Part shown: positions 34,866 through 49,565 of the stretch, piece by piece
Layout: every line of letters begins with the position of its first letter
How positions within the stretch are numbered: position 1 is the first letter of the stretch
From: Mobula hypostoma
Taxonomy: Eukaryota
Length of the DNA stretch: 64,000 nt
Direction: 5' to 3'
Assembly (NCBI RefSeq): GCF_963921235.1
Contig: NC_086118.1
Coordinates: 16,370,001-16,434,000 of the forward strand
The notes under the pieces: model-generated
Told to the model about the DNA's origin: nothing
Database searches by the model: none
The model's input: the letters and a program-made list of their open reading frames with translations, nothing else
Made by a program: the position numbers and the translations under genes

Positions 34866-35319
34866 TGTTCTCTTGTTCATTTATAGATTTCCTAAACCTG
34901 AACGAAACACATTTAGCATTAATTTCTCTGGCATCAGACTGTAAGATCCCAAAATAATGTTGCTCAGTTTACAATTAAATACATGAAATTGTTAATTGTA
35001 GTGGGCATCTCCTTCAGCTGCACAGCATATTACACACTTGGGTTCTTTACAATCAGGAGTGACATTTAGTTTACAATTTAGGCTGAGAGCTCCCTCTCTC
35101 GGTTAGCTGGGGGTCGGTTTTAGATCTCTTTCTCCACTCTCATACCTCACATTCAGCTGGGCCTGTCAGGTATGACTCTGCCTTTATTGCATTTTTCCAA
35201 CATTGCAGTTCTTGAGTGTGCTCTGGTATAAGGGATAACTTCTCTAAGTTTTCAGTAAATTAGCACAAAAGATGCAGCTGGTCCAGGGTCTTGCACAGAC
35301 AGGAGTTAATTCTAGCCGT

Positions 35320-36430
35320 GACCAAGCACTCAAAGCACTTCATCACAGTAGATGTGAGTGCAACTGGGCAATAGCTAGTGAGGCAGCTCACCCTGGTCTA
35401 TTTGGACACTGATATGATTGATGCTGTTTTGAAGCAGGTGGAAACCTTTAAATACAGCAGTGAGAAATTAAAGATGCCTTTGAACACTCCTGCTAGTTGG
35501 TTGACACAAGTTTTCAGAGCCTTGCCAGACATACCATTGGGTCCTGACGCCTTGCAAGTGTTCATCCTCTTGAAGGATGTGCTGACATCAGCCTCCGAGA
35601 CAGATATCACAAGATCGTCAAATGCTGCAGGGAACTGCACAGGTGTAGTTTTATTCTCCCTTTCGAAGCAAGCATAAAAAGCATTCAGCTCATAGGGAAG
35701 TGAAACATCACAGCCATTTAGTTTGCACCTAATAGGGAATAATGCCACACAATCCCGCCAGAGCAGATGTGGGTCCATTTGTGTCTCTATCTTCACTCAG
35801 AATTGTTTTTTCACTCTGCAATAGCTTTCCATACATTGTACCTGAACTTCTTGTAGACGTCTGGATCAGTGGTATTGAACGACACAGATCTATACCTCAG
35901 GAGTTTGAATCTCCTGGTTCATCCATGGCTTCTGGTTTGGGGAGATAACCTTGAAGGTACACACTCATCCATACAAGTCTTGATGAAATTGCTGACAACT
36001 GTGGCATATTCATTCAGATCCAAAGATGAATTCCTAAATATGGTCCAATCCATGGACTCAAAGCTGTAAGTGTTCCTCCGCCTCCCTTAACCATAACTTT
36101 GTGGTCCTCACCACTGGTGCTGCAGTCCTCAGTCTCTGCCTGTATGTTGGAGGTAGTACACACAGGATTTGCCAAAGTCTGGGCATGTATGGCATGATAA
36201 GTGTTCTTGATGGTGGTGTAACAGTGATCAAGTACTTTGGCTCCTCTGGTTCCACAGGTGACATATTGGTGTTAGTTGGTCAGAAACTTCTTCAAGCTGG
36301 CCCGACTGGTCCCCTGGTATGATTTGGAAGGCATCTGGGTGTGCTGTCTCATGACCGTTGATGACAGTTCTCAGCTCCCGTAGTGCCTGTCTGACATAGG
36401 CCAGGAGTGGAATGAACACTGCAAGGTGAC
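35320..36430 (-). mobile_element. Rex1/Babar-type LINE fragment (EN to RT start)
   Basis: LNAFYACFE, KASGPNG, QLAGVFKGIFN..CFKTASII. Confidence 0.75.
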
Positions 36431-37619
36431 AGGAGAGAACTTTACTGGCAGCCTGGCTCAGCAGCTACACCTCCTTAAACAATGGAAACTTCATTTGCTG
36501 CTTGGGTGATCTGTAATCCACAGTCTGTCCATTATAAACAGGGATCGGTTCTTTTCAACTGTCTTGAAACAATGTCACCTACTGAAGAACCTATGACTGT
36601 GACTGTAGCATTCAGCTGTAGTAGTTCTAACCGGAAATAATTTATAATTCCCTTAGCAGCTGCATACAAAGAGTTGCCACTCTCTGGCACCATTTTGGGT
36701 CGGAGAGGCAGTGTGAAAATGAATTAATGGGCGATCAGAAACTTAGGGTTACCACTAGGGACAGAATGGAAATGCTCTGCAAAGCCACCACCCAAATTAT
36801 GTTTGTCTTCTCCAGTGCAGAGGAGACCAGTCGCATTCAAGAACATTTACATCATCCAGGACAATGCTGTCCTTTGCTTGGCAACCTCTGGAGCACCACA
36901 GAATTTCCCTAACTTCTTCACAGATGTTGCAGTGGGTGCCATTCGTTGAAGGGCCAGGACAGGAGATATGTTCTGTAGAATAGATGAGGAGAGCAGATGC
37001 ACAGGAATGACACTACTTGAACGTGCCTCTCCTGTTGCCAGTATTCATTATGACAGGGCTGACATCTTTAAACTCTCTGTAGGAGCACCTAACCACAATG
37101 ACTTCAGTGACTGATTAAGTTGACTTTGGAAAGGTAATTTTAATGGACAATAATTGCTTGATTTGTCAATGTAGCTGGCAGCCTGTTTATGAGTAAAATA
37201 GTAACAATCATTCATTTCATTTAAGAATTGAATTGACGTCCATTACCCTTCAGCCAGTTAGCTTGAGGACAAAAAACAAATTCTTCATATGTCTCCTAAA
37301 CTATTATCACTGGTCTCTGGTTTCTTTTGTTTGGGATTCTTTCAAACAGGAATGTAGTAAAATTAATTTGATACAAATGTGAGTGGATAGATGTGAGCAC
37401 ATCCTGCCTAGTTATTTGGTGTTACCACTTTTCTATCCATCAGCACTGAGCAAATCATAAAAACCAATGTTCACATATGAAGCATTAGATTACTAAATTA
37501 ATTCTGTACAGCCGGCAGGAATTTTCAAAAAGATTTCAATGTATTTGGTTCCAATATGCATCACCCAAGATGATGTCTCAGAGAGACTGATGCAGTGTCA
37601 ACATTATGCGGCTATTCAT

Positions 37620-37795
37620 AAACACAAGAGCTTCTGCAGGTGCTGGAAATCCAAAGCAAGCGGAACTCAGCAGGTCAGGCAGCATCTTTGGAAATGAGTA
37701 AACAGCCGATGTTTCGGGGTGAGACCCTTTATGAGGACCTTCTGCCTGATGCTGCCTGTTCTGCTGCGTTCCTCCAGCACTTTGTGAGTGTGTGA
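37620..37795. mobile_element. Inverted pair of Penelope termini
   Basis: gcaggtcaggcagcatc ... gatgctgcctgttctgctg in opposite orientations. Confidence 0.6.
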
Positions 37796-38471
37796 ACTAT
37801 GCTATTAATGTGACTGAAGTGAAACAGCATTTATCTTTATGATTTAATAACACTTGGAAGGCTTATATTTCTCTTTTTTTAAAGCAGTAATTTACCATAA
37901 GTATTTAGATCTGTACTCTCCATAGATGTCAAATAGGTTTTTAGAATTTTCTGCTTTTCTTTTAATTAAAAGGAACAGTCTTTTCTGTCTGACATTTTTT
38001 TCAGTTATTAAATTAGAATCCTGCCAATTGACAACAGATTTGAAATGTTATGAGACCTGTTGTAGTTAAGAGGTCAGCTGTGGAAATCACACATACAAAA
38101 AAAGGTCAGCTGACCTCGTTTGGTCAATAAAATTGCTAGCAGTAATAGATTTTCGTTCAGAGTATTGTACCGTGCAGAAATGAGTCCTCCCAGCCAACAT
38201 CTACATTAATCACATTTGCCCACATTAAGACTATCTCTCTCTACTCCCTTCCTATCCAAGTCCTTGCGAAAATTACTATTAAATATAGTCATTGCATTTC
38301 CCTCCATCACCTCCTCCAACAGCACATTCTAGATAACCACCACTTTCTGTGTGAAAAATGCATCCCTCAGATCTCATTTGAATTTCTCTTCTCTCATCTT
38401 AAACCCATGCTCTGCAGTTCTAGATTGTCTTGCTCTGGAAAAGAAGTTTCTGACTATCCATTCTATCTAAC

Positions 38472-41170
38472 CCCACACGTCTTGTTTCGAGCAGACAGGG
38501 ATGCAGCTCTTTCCGGTAAGACTCACGGTGGTGGCTTGTGTGTTTACATCAATATGGAACAGTGCAAGAACTCTGTGTGCTAGTTCCCAGATACTGCTCT
38601 CGCTAGTGGAGTTTGTGACTGTTAGCTGCAGACCATTTTATTTACCACGGGAGTTCACCACTGTCCTTATAGTCGGTGTCTACATTCCCGCCAGTGCTAA
38701 TGCTAAGGAGGCGCTCTGTGAACTGTATGGGGGCTATGGGCAAACTGCAGAACGCACACCCTGATGTCACTGGAGATTTTAACCACACGAACCTTAAGTC
38801 AGTGCTCCCCAGATTCCATCAGAGCGTGGACTTTGCAACGAGAGGGGAGAATGCATTGCATCTTGTTTACACAAACATTCCTGACGCGTACCGGGCGGGG
38901 CCCAGCCCACACCTTGATTACTCAGACCACATATCTGTTATGCTAATCCCAGCATACAGACCAGTTCAGAAGCAGGTGAAAACCTGGCCAGCAGGAGCCA
39001 TCTCTGCACTTCAAGACTGCTTTGAGCACACTGACTGGCACACGTTCAGGGAGGCTGCAACCGATGGCGACTCCACCAACTTAGAGGAGTACACAGCATC
39101 AGTGATGAGCTACATCAGCAAGTGCATCGATGACGTCACTGTGGCCAAGACCATCACTACACGCGCTAATCGGAAGCCATGGATGACCGCAGAGGTGCGT
39201 GCGCTGCTGAGGACCTATGACTCCGCCTTCAGAGCAGGTGACAAGGCAGCCCTAACAACAGCGAAGGCCAAACTGTCCCGGGCCATCAGAGAGGCAAAGC
39301 GTGCACACGCCCAGCGAATCCACAGCCACTTCCAGGACAGCGGCGACACACGGTGCATGTGGAAGGGCATTCAGGACATCACCAACTACAGGACAACATC
39401 ACCTGCCTGTGCTGGTGATGTCTCCCTCCCAGATGCGCTGAACAACTTCTACACTCATTTTGAGGCAGAAAATGACATGGCAGCGAGGAAGACCACCCCT
39501 CCTCCAAATGACTAGGTGCTGTGTCTTACCGTGGCCGATGTGAGGAGAACCCTGTACAGGGTTAACCCAAGAAGGCTGCTGGACCAGACAATATTCCTGG
39601 CAGAGTGCTTAGGGGATGTGCAGACCAGCTAGCTGAGATTCTCACTGACATCTTCAACATCTCCCTGGGCAGCACCGTCGTTCCTACATGCTTCAAGTCC
39701 GCCACCATCGTCCCCGTGCTGAAGAAGTCTTCAGTGTCCTGCCTCAACGACTACCGTCCTGTTGCACTCACATCCATCATCATGAAGTGTTTCGAGAGGC
39801 TTGTTATGAGGCACATCAAGACCCTGCTGCCTCTCTCACTTGACCCCCTGCAGTTCACGTACCGTCCCAACCATTCAACAGACGATGCCATTGCCATCAC
39901 CCTCCACCTGGCCCTAACCCACCTGGACAAAAAAGACATGTAGGTTCAAATGCTGTTCATAGTCTCCAGTTCAGCATTCAACACAATCATTCCTCTGAAA
40001 CTGATTGGAAAGCTGAGCCTACTGGGCCTGAACACCTCTTTCTGCAACTGGATCCTAGGTTTCCTAACTGGGAGATCTCAGTCAGTCCAGATCGGAAGCA
40101 GCATCTCCAACACCATCACACTGAGCACAGGGGCCCCCCAGGGCTGTGTGCTCAGTCCACTGCTGTTCACTCTGCTGACCCACGACTGTGCTGCTACACA
40201 CAGCTCGAACCACATCATCAAGTTCACCGATGACACGACCGTGGTGGGTCTCATCAGCAAGAACAATGAGTCAGCATACAGAGAGGAGGCGCAGCAGCTA
40301 ACGGACTGGTGCAGAGCCAACAACCTGTCTCTGAATGTGAACAAAACAAAAGAGATGGTTGTTGACTTCAGGAGGACACAGAGCGACTACTCTCCGCTGA
40401 ACATCGACGACTCCTCCGTAGAGATCATTAAGAGCACCAAATTTCTTGGTGTTCACCTGGCGGAGAATCTCACCTGGTCCCTCAACACCAGCTCCATAGC
40501 AAAGAAAGCCCAGCAGCGTCTCTACTTTCTGCGAAGGCTGAGAGAAGTCCATCTCCCAACCCCCATCCTCACCACATTCTACAGAGGTTGTATTGAGAGC
40601 ATCCTGAGCAGCTGCATCACAGCCTGGTTCGGAAATTTCACCATCTCGGATCGCAAGACCCTGCAGCGGATAGTGAAGTCTGCTGAGATGATCGTCAGGA
40701 TCTCTCTTCCCGCCATTACAGACATTTACACCACACACTGCATCCACAAAACAAACAGCATTATGAAGGACCCCACGCACCCCTCATACAAACTCTTCTC
40801 CCTCCTGCCATCTGGCAAAAGGCACCGAAGCATTCGGGCTCTCACGACCAGACTGTGTAATAGTTTCTTCCCCCAAGCCATCAGACTCCTCAATACCCAG
40901 AGCCTGGACTGACACCAACCTACTGTCCTCTACTGTGCCTATTGTCTTGTTTATTATTTATTGTAATGCCTGCACTGTTTTGTGCATTTTATGCAGTCCT
41001 GGGTAGGTCTGTAGCCTAGTGTAGTTTTTATGTTGTGTTACGTAGTTCAGTGTAGTTTTTGTATTGTTCATGATCATGTAGCACCATGGTCCTGAAAAAC
41101 ATTGTCTTGTTTTTACTGTGCACTGTACCAACAGTTATAGTCAAAATGACAATAAAAAGTGACTTGACGA
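38472..41170 (+). mobile_element. Rex1/Babar LINE, about 2.7 kb, few disruptions, inserted in an old CR1 tail
   Basis: APE motifs GDFNH and [41 protein letters not shown] + gacttgac tail. ORFs 38676-39515, 39605-39943, 39950-40912. Confidence 0.9.
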
Positions 41171-42950
41171 TTTGATAAATCTCTGTAAGGTCACCCCTCA
41201 GCCATCTTTGCTCCAGTTTTCTGGTCAGTGGTGCTTACTTCTGACCTGGAAGAATAGTGTCCAACAATGATAGGGTGATTCCCATGGTGTAGATTTAACC
41301 TTCTGCTCTAGCCTTGAGGGAATGTTCTGGAATGCAATGGTTGGGATATCCACAAACTGGCAAATTATATAAAGTAGATCATATAAATCACTACTCAAGG
41401 AAAAAACGAGCATATCTTCAATTATGCTTTACCATTTTATGGAGAGTCAATTAAAATTTGATCAAGATTGAACTAGATTTTGTGGTTAAGGGAGTGGCTG
41501 TTGTATGAATGGGCCATTGTTAGAGGGGGAAGTTGAGGCTTTTGCTCATCCAGGCTGCGATGAGGAGAGGCATACGCCATAAATAGATTTTTTTTCCATT
41601 ATTTATGCTTTTGTTTCTTGTTGCACATTTAGAGCAGTGGGGATGCCATGCAGGATAGTTAAATGCTCCCCTTTCTGGATGTGTGAAGGCACAGAGACCT
41701 CCAATGTCCCTTACAGCTACACCTGTAAAAAGTGCATCCAGCTGCATCTTTGAACAGACTGTGTTAAGGAGTTGGAGTTGGAGCTGGAGCTGGAAATAGA
41801 TGAAATCTGGATCATTTGGGATGCCGTGGGGTTGATTGACAGGGAGGTGGTGACACCCAAGGTATAGGATACATGTTACTGGGTGACCATCAGGAGGGGA
41901 AAAGGGATAGGGAGCCAATGCAGTGTACCCCTACGGCTGTTCCCCTCACCAACACTTTGGATACTGTTGGGAGGTGGGGGGTTGACATACAGAGGAAGCC
42001 ACAGTGTTCAGGTCTCTGAGTCACAGTGTCTGGTTCTGTGGCTCAGAAGGGAAGGGGGAAGAAAAGGCAAGTTGTAGAGATAGGGTATTTGTTGTTTAGG
42101 GGGTTTCGTGAATGAGAATGAGATTTGTGGATGGTATATTGCTTTCTAAGTGCTGGGGTCGGGGACATCTCATGTTGTGTCCACAAATTTCTTAAGTGGG
42201 ACGGTGATCGATCAGAAGTCGTGGTCTACGTCGGTACCAATGACATGGGTAGGAGGGGTGATGAGGTCCTGCAAGGTGAGTTCAGGGAGTTGGGTTAAGT
42301 TAAAGGACAGGACCTCCAGGGCTGTGGTCTCAGGATTGCTACCATGCCACAGTGAGGCCAGAAATAGGAAGATCATACAATTTAACACTTGGCTAAGAAG
42401 ATGGTGCAGCAGGGAGGATGTCATATGTTTGGATCGTTGGCTCGCTTCCAGGGAAAGTGGGACCTGTACAAAAGGGATGGTTTGCACCTGAGTGGAGGTG
42501 GACTAACACCCTAGAAGTAAGGCTTTCCAGTGCTGCTTGGGGGGGGCAAGAGGCGGGGAGGGGGGAGTTAACCTAGAGCTGTAGAGTGACAGGGGCCAGA
42601 GTGACAGAGCAGATAGTGGAGCAGTTGTAGGGGAAGACATGCACAGTCAGGGATCAAAAGATTGAGAATGTCGAGACTGATGTTCTGAGTTGTGTATATT
42701 TCAATGCAAGGAGTATTGTAGGGAAGGTGGATGTGCTCAGGACGTGGATCGGCATGTGGATTTGTAGCCATTAGTGATACTTGGTTGCAGGAGCAGCAGG
42801 ATTGGCAGCTCAATGTTCCATTGTTTCAGACATAATAGAGCGGGACGGTTTAAAGGGGAGGGAGTGGCATTATGGTCAGGGAAAATGCCATGGCAGTGTT
42901 CAGTCAGGACAGACTGGAGGGCTCCTTCAGTGAAGCTTTATGTGTAGTAA

Positions 42951-43526
42951 AGCTTCACATAAAGCTTGGGGTGTATGGGGTGTCAGGGAGGGGTAGCACC
43001 TCTGGTGGGGGAACATGTCACGTCTTTTCAAGGCGGTTAGTCCACCTTTGGTCCCCACCTGGCACTCAGCTCTCACCTGTGGCTCCCCGAAGCTGTTTGC
43101 ATGCGACAGCGGCCACACCCCGGGCATTGGCTTCGACAAGCTGGCTAAACCAGGTGAGGGTAGCTGACGGGTCTCAAACCCTCGGTGTGATAGGGAGTTG
43201 TCTATCCCAGCATGTGAAGACAGACTCCGGCGGATTGAACAGACGAGACCAATGGAAGGTCCAACGGTCAAGAAGGCGGTCTCTGCAAGCGTTGTGGAAC
43301 ATGTAGAGCAGGACAAGACACAGAAGACGTCCTGATCATCCACTGCGCCTAGTCGCATCTCCAGCCGTCTCGACTCTGTCTTGCCACTGGATCCAGATGG
43401 GAATTGGGAAGAGAGAGTGAGGCTGACGCTGTGCAACTCTCCCTCACTTAAAATCAAATCACACACTAGTCTCGACACCATCAAATGGTGACGAGGTCCT
43501 CATCGACGTTGACGATGGACGAACAC
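42951..43526 (+). mobile_element. Non-coding retroposon (copy 1, 576 bp)
   Basis: 9-bp TSD GTGTAGTAA (42942-42950, 43527-43535). Close homologue at 55018-55456. Confidence 0.8.
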
Positions 43527-43980
43527 GTGTAGTAATGAGGAATAACAAAGGAAAGACAACGTTAATGCGATTATATTACAGACTAATCAACAGTCTGGAG
43601 GATTTAAAGGAGCTAATTTGTAGAAAGATTGCAGACTGGTGCAAGAAACATAACTTTGTAATGGTAGGTGATTTTAACTTTCCACATATTGACTGGGATT
43701 CATGTTGAGCGGTGACAGAAGTTTGTGTAGGGAAGCACTTTGCATCTAGTGATCATAATGCCATTAGTTTCAAAGTATGATAAAGAGTAGTTGTGGTTCC
43801 TGGGTTGAGATGCTGAATTGGAGAAAGGCCGATTTTGTTGGTATCAGAAAGAATCTGACAAGTGTGGATTAGGACAGGTTGTTTTTTGGCAAAGGTGTAC
43901 TTAGTAAGTGTGAGGCCTTCAAAAGTGAAATTTTGAGAGCACAGAATTTGTACGTTCATATCAGAATAAAAGGCAAGGAT

Positions 43981-46240
43981 TCATTGTGGCTATCTCCCGA
44001 GGTCGAGGATGATGGTCTTCGTTCTGTTGATCTACTTATGGGCTCTCAAGTGGCTTATGAGTCCAATCTTGGCTTTGAAAGTTCTTCCGCATTCAGGGCA
44101 GGTAGTTCCAGATGGCAGATTGGGCTTTGGTTGTTGCTGCCTCTCTTTCCATTTTCTTCTCTTTTCTTCTAAATTCTGCACATCTGTTAACTTCGAAAGT
44201 TGCTGTTCCTTCTCGGATGATGGCTTGCCAGAGTTTCATGTCCTTGGCATTGGTTTCCCAATTGTCAATGTCAATGTTACATTTCTTCATGTTGGCTTTT
44301 AAGACGTCTTTGAATCTCTTCTGTTGTCCACCTCTTCTACATTTGCCTGCTTTAAGCTGGGAGTAGAAGATTTGTTTCGGCAGATGTTTGTCTTTCATCC
44401 GAACAACATGACCACTCCATCTTAGTTGGTTCTTGATGATGTAGGCTTCAATGCTTGTTGTTTTTGCTTCATTTAACACACTGACGTTGGTTCTTCTATC
44501 TTCCCAGCTGATATTTAAGGTGTTTCAAAGACAGCGTTGATGGAACTTTTCAAGTGCCTTCAGATGTCATCAGTATGTTGTCCAGGTTTCTGATGCATAC
44601 AGGAGCGTTGGGATTACCACTGCTTTGTACACTAACATTTTGGTGTCTGTTTGGATGTCACGATCATGAAAGATTCTTGTTTGGAGACGTCCAAAAGCTG
44701 TTCCAGTGCATTTAAGACAATGTTGGATCTCGTCATTAAGGTCGACATTGGAGGAGAGGTGACTTCCAAGATGCAGAAAGTGGTCCACGTTTTCCAGGGT
44801 TCTTTGGCCAAGTTGAATTGATGGTTCTATCCAATTTGTCTCAGTTGGTGATGGTTGATAGATGATCTGTGTCTTCTTGGAATTGATGGTAAGTCCAAGT
44901 TTCATGTATGCATGGTTGAAGGCATCAGAATCCGTAGCAGGTGGTTTTCTGAAAGAGCTGCAACACTGCTGTCATCTGCATATTAGAACTTGATGAGGGA
45001 ACTCGTGGATGTCTTCATTTTGGATTTGAGACGGGTAAGATTGAAAAGTCTGCCATCTGTTCTGTAGACAATTTCGATTCCTGGGGGTAGGTCGTCCTTG
45101 ATAATGTGGATGATTGTCGCAATGAAGATGGTGAACAAAGCTGGGGCAATCACGTATCCCTGTTTTACTCCTGAACTAACTTGAAGAGGCTCACAGTTAC
45201 TGTTGCTGACCATGACTGTGGCAAGCATGCCATTGTGGAGGAGTCTCAGGATTCGAATGTACTTTTCAGATCATCCATAGGTGGATAGGACATCCCGTAG
45301 GAGTCCCCTTGATATCGAGTCAAAGGTTTTGGCGAGGTCAGTGAATGCCATGTACAAAGGTTGAAGTTGTTCACGACATTTTTCTTGTAGTTGTCGCATT
45401 GTGAAGATCATGTCGATTGCTCCACGTGATGGTCTAAAACCGGCTTGTGTCTCCAGAAGGATCTTCTTGGCTAAAGGCTTGAGCCGGTTGTTCATGATGT
45501 GGGTGAAGATCTTTCCTGCTGTTGCCAACAGGGAAATTCCACGATAGTTTTCACATTCGGATCGATCACCTTTCCTTTTGTAGATGGTAACGATTGCTGA
45601 GTCTCTAAAGTCTGCTGGTATGACTTCATTTCTCCAGATCTTGATGAGAAGTTGAGAATGAAACGGGTTACCCCCAATTTTGTAGACCTCGGCTGGTATT
45701 CCATCGAGTCCAGCGGCCCTGTTGTTTTTCAAGATTTTGATGGCTTCCCTGACTTCTTCGAGTGTCGTATTTTGCTTAGGGAGTCGTCAACGGGTTGTTC
45801 GGGAACGTTGTTAATCACATTCCTGTCGAATGAAATGGTTTGATTTAGAAAATCTTCAAAGTGCTCCCTCCGTCTAGAATTGATGTCAACATTGCTCTTC
45901 AGGATGGGTGAACCATTTTTGTTTTTGAGAGGGCTTGACAGTGAGTGGATGGGCCAAAAATAGCTTCAGTTGTGTTGAAAAAGCCTCGAGTGTCGTTGGC
46001 GTCTGCTAGTTGTTGGATTTCCTGAGCTTTCTTCCTCCACCATTGGTTTTTCAGGTTTCAGGTGCTCTTCTGGACTGCAGCCTTGCATTCCTGATGGCGT
46101 TTCCTTTTGGTAGCCGATTGTTGATCACTTTGTAAAGTAATGAAAGCTTTTCGCTTTTAGTCGATGCGTTATTGGAGAAGTTTGTCGTTATCATCGAACC
46201 AATCCTGATGTTTTTTCGTCTTGAACCCAATTGTTTCCTT
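43981..46240 (-). mobile_element. RTE-clade LINE, 5'-truncated
   Basis: KHQDWFDDN, NYRGISLL, QAGFRPSR, GVKQGYVIAP, IVYRTDGRLFN, QLRWSGHVVRM. Confidence 0.9.
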
Positions 46241-47311
46241 GCAGGATAACAGGTTAAGGGAACCTTGGTTCACAAGAGATATTGAGGCCCTTGTGAAGAA
46301 AAAGGAAGTGCATAGAAGGTATAGGAGGTAGGAATAAATGAGGTATGTGAGGAGTATAAAAACAGAGAGAACAGGAAGGCTAAAAGAAGGCATGAGGTTG
46401 CTGTAGCAGATAAGGTGAAGAAGAATCCTAAGAGCTTTACAGGTATGTTAAGAGCAAAAGGATAGCAAGGGACAAAATTGATCAGAGTGGTAATCTATGC
46501 GTGGAGACGAAGGAGATAAAGGAGATCTTAAATGGATTTTTTGCATCTGTATTTACTTGTGAGGCAGATGCAGAGTCTCTAGAAGTGAAGCAAAGGAGCA
46601 GCGAAGTCATGGACCCTATACATATTACAGAGGAGGTGTTTGCTGTCTTGAGGCAAATTATGGTGGATAAATCCCCTGGGTCTGATAAGGTGTTCCCTTG
46701 GACCCTATGGGAGGCAAGTGCAGAAATTGCAGGGGCCCTAGCAGAGATATTTAAATTATCCTTAGCAAGGTACTGGAAAATTGGGGGTAGCTAATGTTGT
46801 TCTGTTGTTTAAGAAAGGCTCTAAGAAGAGTGTGGTAGAACAAAGGGATCTTGGAATACAGACCCATAATTCCTCGAAAGTGGCGCCACAGGTAGATAGG
46901 GTCATAAAGAAAGCTCTTGGCATAGAAGTTGAGCTGTTATGTTGAAATTGTGTAAGATGTGGTGAAGCCAAATTTGATTATTTTGTGCAGTTTTGGTCAT
47001 CTATCTACAGGAAAGATGTAAATAAGCCTGAAAGTGTGCAGAGGAGGTTTACAAGGATGTATCTGCAACTTGAGCATCCATGTTATAGGGAAAGATTGAA
47101 TAGGTTAGGACTTTACTCCCTAGAACATAGAAGATTGAAAGGAGATTTGACAGATTTATACAAAATTATGAGGGGTATTGATAGGATAAATACAAACAGG
47201 CTTTTTCCACTGAGGTTGGATGTGACTACAACCAGAGGTCATGCATTAAGGGTAATAGGTGGAAAGTGTAAGGGGAACATGAAGGGGAACTTCTTCACTC
47301 AGAGGATGGTG

Positions 47312-47738
47312 TGTCACCCGGTTCAGATATGGCCCAAGTGCAGGGTGCAAGATACTGAAGCAGCTCCATAATTCACAGACTTTAATACGAACAGTGCTAA
47401 AGGAAAAAGAAAACAACAAATGCTAGGCCAAACAGGGCTGTTAATTAAAACTCTCAAATGGAAAATGAAGCCTACACTGTGGCTGAAAAGAACAACTAAA
47501 TATAAAACGAAAACCATTAGTCTTCAGAGTCGGTTGACTTGACAGTCCAATTTCTCAGGCAAGGCCGAATGCAAACAGACGGTGAAGCATTGCTGTGCTG
47601 TGTCCAAGTCTCGACAAGCACTGCAATGAAAAGAGTGGAGTTAAATACTATCACAATGAAATAATAATTAGCTGACACGTGCATATTCAGGAGCGCCATT
47701 GCCGTATCTGCTGCACTGCCGAATCCATGGTTGTGACA
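47312..47738. mobile_element. Solo LTR (427 bp)
   Basis: TGTCAC...GTGACA inverted termini; 5-bp TSD tggtg/aggtg; interrupts CR1 FFTQRMV|RVWN. Confidence 0.8.
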
Positions 47739-48519
47739 AGGTGAGAGTGTGGAATTCACCACCGGTGCAGATAGTGGATGCGGGTTCAATTTCAACGTTT
47801 AAGAGAAATGTGGATAGGTACATGTATGAGAGGAGTATGGAGGGCTATGGTCTGGGTGCAGGTCGACGGGACTAGTAACTTGGCCTGTTGGCTATTCATC
47901 AACTGAAAGTCCGATAGTTGGCTTTTGGTGGAGTATTCAACTATGTAAGGCGATACTAGCACATATCCACTTCCAAAGTGATAGAACTAAACACTGTTCA
48001 AAAAATGGAAGCATTGCTTGATTTCCACCAGTCCCAGTACAGGAGGGTACGTTCAGTTGGAGCTATATAACTGTCTGGTGAATTGTGAGATATTTTATAT
48101 AGTAGATATTAACGTAAAGTTAGTCTAGATTTGGTTCACAACAAGGTCATTGGGATGAAAGGGTTGTGTATCAACCCATTGTACACATTGACTTTCTCCT
48201 CTCCATACTTAAAGCAATTATTTTAAATTTCACCTGACTCGAAAACAATTTCCTTGAGTTCTGTTCAAGTATAATAAAAAGTAATTGAATTCTTAATACA
48301 CAAATAAATCAGCCACTTCCAAGGAATGTAATTATTTTCTTGAAAAAAAAGCAAAATATGTTAGATGTGGAAATAATTTAATTTTGCACTGATTGGTAGA
48401 CAATGACCTTTGTTTAAGTAATGGTTTTCCATTGATCATATAGACAAACAGAAGAGTAACCAACGCCCCACAAACTGCAATAAACTGCATGAAGGGAAAG
48501 TCTGCTTGTCAGAAAAAGC

Positions 48520-49565
48520 AGCATCTCCCAGTGGCCACCCCACCAGTGATAGGGCTGCTGTTGTCCTCACCTACCACCCCAACAGCCTCCGTGTCCAGCA
48601 CATAATTCTCTGTAACTTACTCCATCTCCAGTGGGATCCCACCACAGAGCACACCTTTCCCTCCGCACCCCCCCCCCCCACCCCAGCTTTCTGCTTTCTG
48701 CAGGGATCGCTCCCTATGCAACTCTCTTGTCCATTTGTCCCTCCCACTGATCTCCCTCCTGGCAGAACAAGTGCTACACCCGCCCCTACACCTCCTCCCT
48801 CACTACAATACAGGGCCCCAAACAGTGCTTTCAGATGAGGTGACACTTCACCTGTGAGTCTGTTGGTGTCATCTGCTGTATCCAGTGCTCCCGGTGTGGC
48901 CTCCTGTATATCTGTGAAACACGAGGCAGATTGGGAGACCGCTTCGTCTAGCACCTATGCTCCATCCGCCAGAAAAAACGGGATCTTCCGGAGGTCACCC
49001 ATTTTAATTCCACTTCCCATTCCCATTCCAACGTACCAGTCTAGGGCCTCCTCTATTGTTGCAATGAGGCCACATTCAGGTTATAGGAGCAAAACTTTAT
49101 ATTCCATCTGGGTAGCCTCTAACCTGACTGCATGAACATCAATTTCTCAAACTTTGAGTAATGCCCCACATGCCGCCTTCACCAATCCCTATTCCCATTT
49201 CCCTCTCGGCCCTTACCTGCCTGTCACCTCCCTCTGGTCCTCCTCCCCCTTTTCTTTCTTCCATGGCCTTCTGTCCTCTCCAGTCAGATTCCCCACTTCC
49301 CCAGCCCTGTATCACTTTCACCAATCAATTCCCAGCTCTTCACTTTATCTCTCCCCTCCTCCCTGTTTCACCATCAACTTGAGGTTCTTCCTCCCCTCCC
49401 CCCAGTTTCTTATTCTGACTCCTCATCTTTTTTCCAGTCCTGAAAAAGGGTTTCAGCCCAAAATGCTGACTGTACTCTTTTGCATAGATGCTGCCTGGCC
49501 TGCTGAGTTCCTCCAGCGTTTTATGTAAATTGCTCGGATTTCCAGCATCTGAAGATTTTCTCCTG
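48520..49565 (+). mobile_element. Penelope-like element 3' portion (GIY-YIG endonuclease)
   Basis: VVLTYHP; VICCIQCSRCGLLYICETRGRLGDRF; shared terminus with a mutated hammerhead near 49437-49472. Confidence 0.85.

Larger units (their letters stand above)
41520..47880 (+). mobile_element. Old near-full-length CR1 (ORF1 esterase, EN, RT) with internal deletions and three nested inserts
   Basis: VVVYVGTNDMG (SGNH-like ORF1), YFNARSI, GDFNFP, DKSPGSD, GLYSLEHRRL..FFTQR. Confidence 0.8.
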